This document shows, piece after piece, positions 29,001 through 41,500 of a DNA stretch of 64,000 bases. The stretch is from Trichoplax adhaerens (taxonomy: Eukaryota; Animalia; Placozoa): the NCBI RefSeq assembly GCF_000150275.1, contig NW_002060945.1, positions 7,059,607-7,123,606 on the forward strand, read 5' to 3'. How positions within the stretch are numbered: position 1 is the first letter of the stretch; the number at the start of each line of letters is the position of its first letter. Under the pieces are notes generated by a model. That model was not told the origin of the DNA. It saw nothing but the letters and a program-made list of their open reading frames with translations, and ran no database searches. A program made the position numbers and the translations under genes.

Positions 29001-31121
29001 TTATAACAATTCAGTATGATGATAGTTTTGGTGATGGTTGCTATTTGTAGATCTGCCCATTAGTATTTAAATACGTTTCACACAAGCTCAGAAAATCTTA
29101 TAATTTTTAAATGCCTAACATTGGAGATTACTGAATGTACGATTCTAGTCGTATTGTCATGAATTCGATCCACTTTTTTACGTTACTTGCGCTTTATAAT
29201 AAACGTGCGAAATTAAGCGTTGCGCCATAAGCTTCTATAATTGTTATATACTTCCATGTGCAATTTATGCGAGGATATTTTTAAAATTCTGTCTTATTAA
29301 GAGTAATTGTGTATCTAGCAAATTACTCCTCCCGTCTATCGCGATATTAATTAATTTGAGGAGTGGACTTTAGTGCTATAATTTCTTAGTATTGAAGAAA
29401 CAACTTGTTGATTACAATCATAATCAAATCAACAGTTATTACTGTATTGCATATAGTCAGCATCGTGGAGTATGTACATTGTACAGTATCCATTATAATA
29501 TTGTATAGGTCATGTAATCAATCCAACGTCATTTGATCTAAAGGACCGCTAACAATATCGATGCCCAGCATTGTTATGGAGAACAGGTTATATTCAATTT
29601 TCGTCAAAAAAACAGAAAGGTCCGCTGACTGGATAGACACACAGTACTGTACATTAATGCATAATGTAATTCATTAACAATATGTCCGTCACTGTCATCA
29701 CCTTACATAATTCATAATTGAAGAAATGCATTTATAATATATACAGTATATATATATATACTGTATTTAATGATTCATAATATTGTAAACTATCAACATT
29801 TTTGCAAGGCTTCAAAAATTACTTTCGAACGTTAATTTTATTCTACGTATATACGACTGTAATCGAATTACTGACTTTTGTTGGCGACAAAATATTGTTG
29901 CATATAGTAAACAGGACAATATGACGTACAGTGCTGTTTAATTGATGTACTGTATGTTCAACGACTTTCTTTGATATTTACCGTAAATGAGAAGTGCCTG
30001 ATTGCACTATTTTTCTTTTCATGTATTTTAATTACAGTATCGACCTGTAATTAGACCACTATTATGAAAGTAATTTCTTACGCTGACCTTTATTTCGTGT
30101 TTTTATTAACGTGTGCCAGAGTGTAACCGGTAGCTGCAACACTATGCTATTTCATTTCTGTCACGTAAAATTTTAATGCATATTAAATGGGCTTAAAAAT
30201 ATTTTGTCTTCCGGCTGATTATTCATTGATGCATGACATGACAATGCATAGTTACTCTATTGCATGCTGATATCAAGACTACATCTGGATTTGCTTACTT
30301 GCATTGCATTCTAGTCTCTAGATTAATGTATAACGTAATGTTTATTATGAATGAATTGAAACTAACTATTTTTAAATTTTCTTTTATCTTATTTCACTGT
30401 AGGATTGGGAATTACTCTTATTAGAAAAGCTCAAATGGGATTTGGGCTCAGTTACTCCGCTAGATTTTTTAGATCAAATCCTTTATCGATTGAGTTTTGA
30501 ATTAAAAGATTATGTTCATATGCTCAAAAAGCACGCATATACATTAATTGCATTATGCTGTACAGGTCAGTATATCAAAAAAGATCTCATTCTTGATATC
30601 TTTTAATTTTGACGTAAACCTTATTGTATCTGTCAAGCATTGCTGAACATCCCACTTTTTTTGCTCTTTAGACTTTCAATTGTGTACTAATCCACCGTCA
30701 ATGATAGCTGGTGGGTGTATCTTATGCGCCTTAGCTGGTGTCTTACCTCAAAATGACAACTCCATTGCCATAGTTAATCGTATTGTACAGAAAATAACTA
30801 GCATTGAACCGGTAAGAACTACTACATTATTGATGGCTGTGAATGTCCAAAAATACAAGTCCTAAAGAGTAGTTACTGTATTGGACTCCACTATTATTTA
30901 CTAAAGTAATGCAGCATATATTCAGTAAAATTTTATGCAATATAATTTCTGATTCTGAGCTCTCCATTTTACAGGATTATTTGATCTGCTGTAAAGAACA
31001 AGTCGAAGATCTTTTATCGAAAACCAATTCAAGCCATAAAATCGATCAAATCGATGGTGCTAATGGTTACATGAGTGAAACACCGACAGACTTAGACGAT
31101 ATGCAGCATCTTGTAACTTAA
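26004..31121 (+). CDS. CCND: G1/S cyclin D, 5 exons (26004-26192, 26840-27055, 30403-30565, 30672-30811, 30976-31121)
   Basis: It has an N-terminal LxCxE (LLCSE), the cyclin box [19 protein letters not shown]...[14 protein letters not shown]...[35 protein letters not shown] and the C-terminal phosphodegron TPTD. Phases join cleanly. Confidence 0.96.
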
Positions 31122-33454
31122 AAACTTTTCCTATTGCTGCTATAAGCGAGATATTGTAATTTGATCATCTTCAAAATAAAAAAATTGATAACAAATCATG
31201 CGCTAGTGCATCATTTTAAGAATAATAATATTACTATATATAAAATTTAATAAGCCTGCTTTTTCCAACGATACATGTTATGCTATCTTTTATCATTTAT
31301 ACGTATATCTTATTACAAGTATCGTAAGGCAACATATACATATATATATATCACACTTTGTGAGTGTGTAATTGATGACAACTCTAATGACAATAATGTA
31401 GAGCACGTTTTGACTTCTTTGCCTGAACTAAGGCTATGATACCATAGCGAAATAATAGTGGATATCAATCCTCGAATAGCATAATTATCACCTAGTACTA
31501 TGTTGCTTTTTCCTCATTCTAATGTAATGTAACACAAGATGCGATCATATTTCATTTATTTTTATTCGCATCTGATTGTACGTCAGTTTCTTGAAAATTC
31601 GTGTGCAGCGTTTAATGCCTTCGAAGTCTACACTTTAATGAAGACCCTTGGCGAGATGTTATAAATCGATATCCTAGTATCATGTAATTGAACGAATGTG
31701 TGATACAATATATGGGTGTTCAAGAATGCTTTCTTTCACTAGATCGCGGAGAGGTGTTATTCGTAGTAATTTTTATTCAACTCTTGTAATGTCCACCTTT
31801 TGTAAACTTATTTTATAGAAATAAAAATATTTTTCAATTGGAAAACTGCACTGCTGGCTCCATGTGTATATTCATTGGTATTGTATGTACTGTTTGCATC
31901 TATTGAAGGCAGTGGATATTATAATCCGTGATACGTTCAAAATTTAAAGCACCTTGATTCTTGGTGATAGTTTACGTTATCAACTGCATTATGCCAATCA
32001 CTAGAGTAGAGGTAGATAAGAAATTATAAAACACCATTGCCTATTAGAGTATGCGGATTAGCTGAGTATATAGTGAAATCTTTAGCTTGGCATGATTATG
32101 AGACTGCGAGCAATGTAATAAACAAGCTGTGGTACCTTAATCTAGGATTTTTGACATTATGGCATGACTTGACAAATTATTATGAGATATTTTCCCCGTG
32201 AGGCTACTGTACGTCTATCGTAGGTTAGAAATTGATCATTGGAATCGTTTGCTCCTCTCGATGTTATTGAAAGCAATGTCGATCATTGATTGATGCTAAT
32301 TAATACGTACTAGAAAGATACTAATAGCACATATGGCCCATTGCACATTTCTAATCAGTGATCGGATTTTGATAAATAATCTATTCGATATTACTTGATG
32401 ATTTGGCCTAGGTGATATCTTGCTATGGATGATTTACTTGTATGTATTGTACAGTAGTTGTATTCTAGGGCTGCACAATAAAGTCAAGAAGCATGAATGT
32501 GTGTGTAACTAGTAAAATAATTCATGGCTAAAAACTTTGCATATCGTTACTGTAAGTAATTGGACTACTAATTCTAATTGAAAGTAGCAATGTGGTAGCT
32601 TAGTATGGATAAGTATCAGCAACAATTATCACCCTATACAGCATATTGCGGTTATCGTATAGTGGTGACCATTGAATTGCTTTCGGTCGTAGACATCGAT
32701 GAAAAGTACTAATGCATTATTATAACAGACGAGCATCTGTAAAACAATATATAGAGTCTCAGGTATGGCACATTGCATCATCAAGTATGTATGGCATCCA
32801 GATCTGTACTCTACAGAGCGTAACATGCATATATAAATATACAAATCACTTTTATATTTTAATATTAATTAGTGGTCATGAAGTTAATCAAATTATAGAA
32901 TTATTTTTATTGATTTCTAAATCACACCATTGTCTATTGCATTCCTGATTGCAACGTACTGGATGATGGACCACTACAACACCGGCTTGCAATGGTGCAT
33001 GAATTGGTATCCAATATGTACAGGATATTGCACAACGAACTCACTAATGCATCTTTTTTGCTCGCTTACGACATAGCATAACCTTTACTCTGGACTTTCA
33101 AATTGACAGACAAGACGTCTCATTCTGCATATTAAATTAATTATTCATTGCACAGCATCATCCACTACGCACAAATATCATCAGTCTCTTTACTGACCAT
33201 TTACATGATTTTGCAGTATACTCGCTCTCCTGCATAAACCCTATTGCAGTCTCATTTGTGGATGCACTGTCGCCCCAAAATAACCCTCTAGCCTGTGGCT
33301 TTTGTATGGGCTTTTGCTGACTTGATGTTAACTATGCCTTCAACACAAAACTGAACCATGGAATCAAAGTTTTACGAGGACCTCAGCTGTACTCTACTGT
33401 GCTTACTGCGTGCTGTACAGTGTATATGTGGTATACTGTATAACCAATATCAAC

Positions 33455-35447
33455 TGATTCATCCTCCAGTCTATCAACCTAGTCAAAACAGAAGACTACA
33501 GTCAAAGTGATGCCACTATAATACCATTAGAATGCTGTCTACAAGTGACAATTATTTTTTCCCCTATACTGTAGTCATCACTTTCTGCTACAGTAATCCC
33601 AGTGGTCAACTAAACAGAGTTTATACGAGTGACTACTGACAGTCACTGACTCACTAACTCATCTACTCTATCAACCTAGTCAAAACAGCACATGATAGTA
33701 AAAGTGATATTACTATAATATCATTAGAATGCTGTCTACAAGTGATATTTGTTTTTTCCCTATGCTTTAGTCATCACTTTCTGCTACAGTATCCCAGTGT
33801 TCAACTAAACAGAGTTTATACGAGTGACTACTGACAGTCACTGACCCATCCAGTTTATCAACCTAGTCAAAACAGAAGACTACAGTACAGTAAAAGTAAT
33901 GTCACTATAATAGCATTAGAATGCTGTCTACAAGTGACATTTGTTTTTTCCCCTATACTTTAGTCATCACTTTCTGCTATAGTTAATCCCAGTGTTCAAC
34001 TAAACAGAGTTTATACGAGTGAGTGCTGACCGAAACTGACTCACTAACTCATCCACTCTATCAACCTAGTCAAAACAGCACATGATAGTAAAAGTGATAT
34101 TACTATAATATCATTAGAATGCTGTCTACAAGTGATATTTGTTTTTTCCCCTATGCTTTAGTGATCACTTTCTCCTACAGTATCCCAGTGTTCAACTAAA
34201 CAGAGTTTATACGAGTGACTAATGAAGTCACTGACCCATCCAGTTTATTCAACCCAGTCAAAACAGAAGACAACAGTACAGTAAAAGTAATGTCACTATA
34301 ATACCATTAGAATACTGTCTACATGTGACATTTGTTTTGTTCCCTATACTGTACTTTAGTGACAGACTACAGTACAGTAAAAGTAGTGTCACTATAATAG
34401 GATTAGAATACTGTCTACATGTGACATTTGTTTTGTTCCGTATACTGTACTTTAGTGATAGACTACAGTACAGTAAAAGTAATGTCACTATAATAGCATT
34501 AGAATTCTGTCTACAAGTGATATTTGTTTTTTCCCCTATACTTTAGTCATCACTTTCTGCTACAGTAATCCCAGTGTTCAACTAAACAGAGTTTATACGA
34601 GTGACTACTGAAATCACTGACCCATCCAGTTAATCAACCTAGTCAAAACAGAAGACAACAGTACAGTAAAAGTAATGTCACTATAATAGCATTAGAATAC
34701 TGTCTACAAGTGACATTTGTTTTGTTCCGTATACTGTACTTCAGTGATAGACTACAGTACAGTAAAAGTAATGTCACTATAATAGAATTAGAATACTGTC
34801 TACATGTGACATTTGTTTTGTTCCCTATACTGTACTTTAGTGATATCTACGAGTGACTGCTGAGCGTCACTGACTCATCCAGTTTATCAACCTAGTCAAA
34901 ACAGAAGACTACAGTACAGTAAAAGTAATGTCACTATAATAGCATTAGAATACTGTCTACAAGTGACATTTGTTTTGTTCCCTATACAGTACTGTACTTT
35001 AGTGATAGCCTACAGTACAGTAAAAGTAATGTCACTATAATAGCATTAGAATACTGTCTACAAGTGACATTTGTTTTGTTCCGTATACTGTACTTCAGTG
35101 ATAGACTACAGTACAGTAAAAGTAATGTCACTATAATACCATTAGAATACTGTCTACAAGTGACATTTGTTTTGTTCCGTATACTGTACGTTAGTGATAT
35201 CTACGAGTGACTGCTGAGCGTCACTGACTCATCCAGTTTATCAACCAAGTTAAAACACAAGTGTACAGTGTAGAAACAGTACGTGTCAGTGGTGACCACT
35301 GACCCTCAGTAAAAGTAATGTCATTATAATACGATCAGAATGGTGTCTACAAGTGACATTTATTTTTCGCGTATGCTTAAGTGGTAATTTGCTAGTACAG
35401 TAAGCCAGATGCGAAACTAAACACGGTTGATACGGTATAGTACTGGT
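33455..35447. repeat. Composite tandem array: ~190-200 bp units plus ~95 bp sub-units, 13 copies of the core
   Basis: The anchor TCAACCTAGTCAAAACAG recurs near 33474, 33671, 33858, 34061, 34249, 34635, 34887 and 35241 (degenerate). The core AAAAGTAATGTCACTATAAT...CTACAAGTGACATT recurs 13 times. There are no unique spacers. Confidence 0.95.
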
Positions 35448-35560
35448 GGTGGCGTGCTGAGCGTGTCGTGCACACAGTACTTCAACTGTCTTTTACAAGT
35501 CCCATGATTTTCCTCTTCAGTACCAGTTACACAAACTTCTCGAAGAAGGCGTTTAGCAAG

Positions 35561-38500
35561 ATGTGGCGAGCTGGTGTGGATACCAAATTTTCGACTACAG
35601 AAAGCCCTGAAGATGACGACTGGGAAACTGATCCTGATTTCGTAGTAAGTATTGTATACTAGTTATGATAGTTATACTATAAATTATGGAATTGACATTA
35701 GCACAGTGACTGTTGTGTAAGAAAGTTGCAATTCCATTGCGCTAAAACTGCACGGTACTGTACGCATGAATGATGTAAGTAGTTATGATGAAGTAGACGA
35801 CTAGAGAAGAGCGACAATTCTTACACAGTACTTTCATTACTGGATGCAATTCTACTTCGAAAACTTGAGTATTATAGTTGTCTAATGTATAGTTTGCAAT
35901 GCCATTCTTAAAGTATGAATCCTACTCATTTATACGTATACTGTTACACAGTGTAAGGAGATGATGGAGTTGTTCTACAAGTTGAATCATTGTTATTCAC
36001 TTCCTGGGTTACAACATGGTTAGACCTGAGGATATTATGATGCATACGAGTTTATCCACTAGTCTATCATCCATCAATTTGTAGACGGTACTGGGATAAA
36101 AATTGCCCTTTTTGATCAATAAAGTGATGAAGACTTCATGTTAGTCAGTAGCAGTACAGAGAGTCATTACTTTATAGTGATTTGTTTTGAAACTAAACTG
36201 GGATTATGTGTACAATTTCCCATCTCTATGATTGACTGTACACGTACGAGTATATTCTAATCAATGGGAGTAGTAATAAAGTGATCAAGAGTACTGTACA
36301 GCTAGTCGGCTTTTCATAGTTGTCCCTTGAAACGATATACTACATTACATCTTAGTCATTGGGAGTACCAATAGTTACTTTTCTTTACTTATAAGTATAC
36401 ATTGATACTAAATTGGGATTATGTGTAAGAATTAAGCGTACTGTATACTCGGTCAGCAAGGACACAAAGTATCACGAGCACTTACTCTGTACAGCCAATC
36501 GGATTTGTATATAAATGGTCAGCCTTTCATAACTACAGTACGTTTTGTTACTAAATCAGACATAGACTACGTGTAGAACTTTCTATTGCCTACTGTACCT
36601 TACGTTTGTTTATATGCTAGTCAAGATAAGTGCAGTAGCCAGCTTGTGATAGTTATACATTTTGATGTCAAGCTGTACGTCTACTATGTAATTTCCTGTT
36701 CCCCACCACAGTATATACCAAGCCTTCCAATTAATATGTTCAGTTAGGGTTAGGGCAATACTACCGGCTTAGGAAGCGATGTTGTCTTCTAATAACTATA
36801 ATGCGACAAGTATTAGCTGCAAAGGCTTGCACTAACTAAATACTGAAGTTAACGCAATACTGAAGTAGCAAGTCGAGCTCTAAGGCGTACATAGTTGTAG
36901 ATGTAGCCATATTTTGCGGTGTTGCATTCGTAGATCTGTCAAAATTAATACCATTGCTAAGTACGAAGTCGAAAAGGTACTTGCCCAAGACTTGGCTACA
37001 ATTTACAGTATTATAATGTACAGTTGCCAAAGTTAGTACCATTATTAAGTGACAATTCGAATAGGTACCTACTACAGAACATAACAAAATACTAGGTTAT
37101 ACAGTTGCAGATCCGGCCACTATTTCCAGTCTTATAAATTTACAATATTGTTCCACTCATTGCTTAGACTTTACTACCGCTGGCTCGTTTTACATTATTA
37201 ACACATTACGATCAAGTACTTCTATCATACAAACTAATTTTTTCTCCCCTGTTTATTTTTACACTTTCTAGAACGATGTTACTGAGGAAGAGCAGCGGTT
37301 CGGATCCAAAACAGTCGAAGGTTCTGGTTCACAGCGAGTCCTCGAGTGAGTTCTACTCTTACATACAAAGCACAGTATTTTTTATAATACAGTACGTTTC
37401 CCAAACTGCCAGATGAATGAACCTAAGACTGACATTTAATTGTTTACTTGCAACAAACCGCCATGTATAGTATTGATCTTCAACGTGTCTTTGATATAAC
37501 AAAGTATCTTCTACATTCTATACATTAGTTGAATCAATTTCCGTCTGAAGTAGAATGAAATAGTTAACAGAATCATCATGTTATCTTCCTAAGTAATTTA
37601 TCTTTAAATGATAGAAGAATATTGTCAAAATAAGATTTAACTTTGTCATTACTGTATATTGTATTTCATGTACTTGCATGTGATATTCCCTGAAACACAC
37701 TTTACTTATAATAGCGTAGATCAACTTAACATCTTAAGGTGCTCTACTTTAGTGTAAAGCTATATTAAAAATTATGTTACTTTCTTTACAGCATGAATAA
37801 ACTGAGAGATGATGTTAAGGACTCTGATAAGAAGAGTAAGGAGGGTAAGTTATTCCATGTAACGTTAATAATGTCGATAGGGTGATAAAATTTTTTATTC
37901 TTAAACTTTAAACTTTTTTAAATATCTATCTTTCATTTTATACATACATATATATAGCTCAAGGGTATCCTGAAAGACTATCAAATCCATCTTACTCTTT
38001 TGATATAATAATTACACCTACTCACATATTTCCATTGGAGCAAAGTTATTTGTAGTTAATGTACTCAATATCTAGTTTGAAACTGCTCAAACTACTACTA
38101 TATATGAAAGGTTTTTAAAACTTGTACTTGCTGGTTGTAACTTCGAATTTTAATAGGAAACAGAATTCTGCCAATATTCATGTGATCAGTTCTTGTACAG
38201 GCGTACCGGTAGCTAGTTTCGTTATATTTTCATTATCCTGCGGCACTAAATTTTTTATTCTAGTTGTTTTGCCTTTCTTTTGAGACTGGAGTTAATTCAT
38301 AAATAATAGTTTACAAAAGTTGTCAGCTTAACTGAAGTATATTAGACCTAAATACAGCTACGGATACGGCGGACAATTTGGCGTACAAAAGGACCGTATG
38401 GACAAGGTAATACGTTGTTTATATTATTATATATTATCATTAATTGTAAGTTTATTTAAATCATTGTAGGTATCGGATATGTTGTCGTAATGAAAGCAAT

Positions 38501-41500
38501 TAGTTTAGGCTGCTTAATTTGATAACACAAACTATCTTATCTAATAATTTCTATAGCTATTCACTTTATCATATTGTAACACTTAGTATGCATAGCCTTA
38601 AATAATAATCTTCTATAATCTCAATTATAATTATCATTACTTTACCAGTTTACCGTCATAGTAATCATATACGAATATGACTATAGCCTATAATCTATTT
38701 TATTTATTGATTGAGTAGAGTGCGGTCAGTAACTCGTATCAGTATGTACCGGAAAAGCATTCATCTCAAACTGATTTTAAGCAAGGATTTGGTGGAAAAT
38801 TTGGGATACAGAAAGATCGCCAAGATAAAGTACGTAAAATCATAGCTTAATGAAGGCTTTATACTAAGGTCTAGTAGTTACTTTAAGAAATTATAAAAAA
38901 GATGTCCTTTTATAGTCTGCAGTAGGCTACGACTATTCGGAGAAAACGGCACTGCATTCATCCCAAAAAGGTAGCTTTTATGGAAATAATAAATATGATA
39001 AATGCTGAATGATTCTTGGATAAGTATAAATATACAAAAAATTACAAAATGCTTAGTGCAACCCATCATTAATTACAATACATAATACTTTAGCTGAATT
39101 AATTTATAAGTATTGCTTTTCTTTTAGTATCGTGTATTTAGAAGTAGTTGATATTTTCATTGCCAATTTATACTCTGTGTGAAAATGACGTTTGCAAAGG
39201 TCAAGTGTCATAAGATTCTTAAATTTATTATTATTATTATTATTATTTCTTCCTAGATTATTCTAAAGGTTTTGGAGGTAAATTTGGTGTTCAGAATGAT
39301 AGACAAGATAAGGTTAGCAGATCTGATATAGCTTTATACTTAGTCCTGCAATTACATCAAAAATTATAAGAAAGATGTTTTGTTATAGTCTGCAGTAGGT
39401 TTCGACTATACGGAAAAAACCGCGTTGCATTCATCACAAAAAGGTAATGATATCAAATAATGATAAGTGGTAATTATTTAAAAAAATGTAAATAAGCAAA
39501 AAACTTATAAAACGGCTAGTGAAATCATTATTCGTTGCATTAGAATAGTAGTTTAGCTGAATTGATTTATTACCCTTTCTTTTTATGTATAACTCAGAGG
39601 CGGTTAATATTTTCTTGCCAATCTATGCTATTTACAAAGATTGTGTTTATAGTACTAATAAATTATTACCATTTCACACCAGATTATTCCAAGGGCTTTG
39701 GAGGAAAATTTGGAGTTGAGAAAGATAAACAAGATAAGGTTAGTAAATCTGTTGAGAATTTGTACATAAGTCCAGTGGTAACATTAATAAACTGTAAAAC
39801 AACTACTTTGTTATAGTCTGCTGTAGGTTTCGACTATGCGGAGAAAAATGCATTGCATTCATCCCAAAAAGGTAGTTACTTGATATCTAAATAAATGGTG
39901 CTTATTTTGGATAGATAAATATTTAAAAGATAATAAAATGGTAATGCAGTCATCATTCATTGCAACGGTAGTAATAGTTAGCTGAATTGGCTTATAGCTA
40001 TTCTATTTAGTGTATAGTATTAGAAGTAATTCATATGCCCTTTACCAATCTAGTATATTGTCTACGAGAATGATTTTAAAAGATTAAGAACTGTAAAAAA
40101 TTGTTATTATTTTAAACCAGATTATTCCAAGGGCTTTGGAGGGGCATTTGGTGTTGAAAAAGACAAACAAGACAAGGTTAGCAAATCTGCTAGCGCAGTT
40201 AAGCTTTTCAACTTTTAATTGTGGCATACAGAAATGAAATAGGATAAGCTTGATATTTGCGATACTAGAAATACTTAAGATCGTCCATTCTGACCATTGA
40301 TTTGTAGTCCGCCGAAAGCTGGAGTTACGTCGGTAAATCCGAACTTCATCAATCTCAAAAAGGTTTGGTGTATAATTTATTATAAAAACAGTACGATTTC
40401 TATCCTAATATGCACTGAAAATATGTGCTCACAGAATTTAGAATTTATTGCTTCAAATCTTTGGGTAGATATAGCTCTACAAAGAAGTGATGTAATACTA
40501 GATATTTACCTGTTAGGGTCTTATGATTTTATTACAGCCCACTTAGCTGCAATTACGAATACAAATTCCAATAGTTTTATTTATGGCTAATACTGTTTAT
40601 CGTTACTAGACTACTCGAAAGGTTTCGGAGGCAAATTTGGAGTAGAAACTGAAAAGCAAGATAAAGTAAGGATTATTTAGCTCGGTATTTCATCATATAG
40701 AATGACTTCTGTGTCAGTCTAGAAGTTTTATTATGTAAACTGTGCTTTACTATCTGGTATAAATTACATGATTATTTACATTTTATTACCTAGTCAGCTA
40801 ACAGTCACAGTTTGATACAATTTTTCTTCGTCAATCATTACAAGCTGCTATCATTCTTTAATTTATATCCTCAATTTTTTTGTAGTCTGCCGAAAATTGG
40901 AGTTACGTTGGAAAGAATGAATTACATGAATCTCAAAAAGGTTTCACATCCTATTATTTAAACTTCGTATTTTTTGGTTCTTAATAAGCTGATTGTACTA
41001 CTACACAGTTACAACGATAGTAAAATAGAATTGTCATTAAATGTACAATATTATGATACACTCTAATACTTTACCTTCATTTATGGTAAGATTACTCTCG
41101 CGGTTTTGGAGGAAAGTTTGGTGTTGAAAGTGATAGACAAGATAAGGTATGGTAATGCTTTATATTTTAGTAGTTGTCTTGGGAGCTAATTTCTATTCAT
41201 TTATTGCACCCCAGTCTGCACATAGATTTGAAGAAGTCACTAAATCTGAATTGCATTCATCTCAGAAAGGTAGGTATCGTACTTAAGCGTAACTACGATT
41301 AAAGTATAATTATAATAAAACTAGCGTGAAGATAGCACGTAATACGTATGTCTTTCCCGTTAAGATTATTCGAAAGGTTTCGGTGGAAAATATGGAGTAA
41401 GTGAGCAAGGATCGACGGAGGTAAGTTTACGGACTACAAAGTTTTATAATTAAATTGGATGGTTGACTTTAGACACAGTACATGAACGTCTTTGCTTATT

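Noticed and set aside
33455-35447. Array as a CRISPR locus, or its ORFs (34258-34488, 34325-34546) as genes
   Set aside because: There are no unique spacers or cas genes and the context is eukaryotic; the ORFs are just translations of the repeat unit.
36744-36755. (TTAGGG)2 telomere-like sequence in cortactin intron 1
   Set aside because: Only two copies, too short to call an interstitial telomere.
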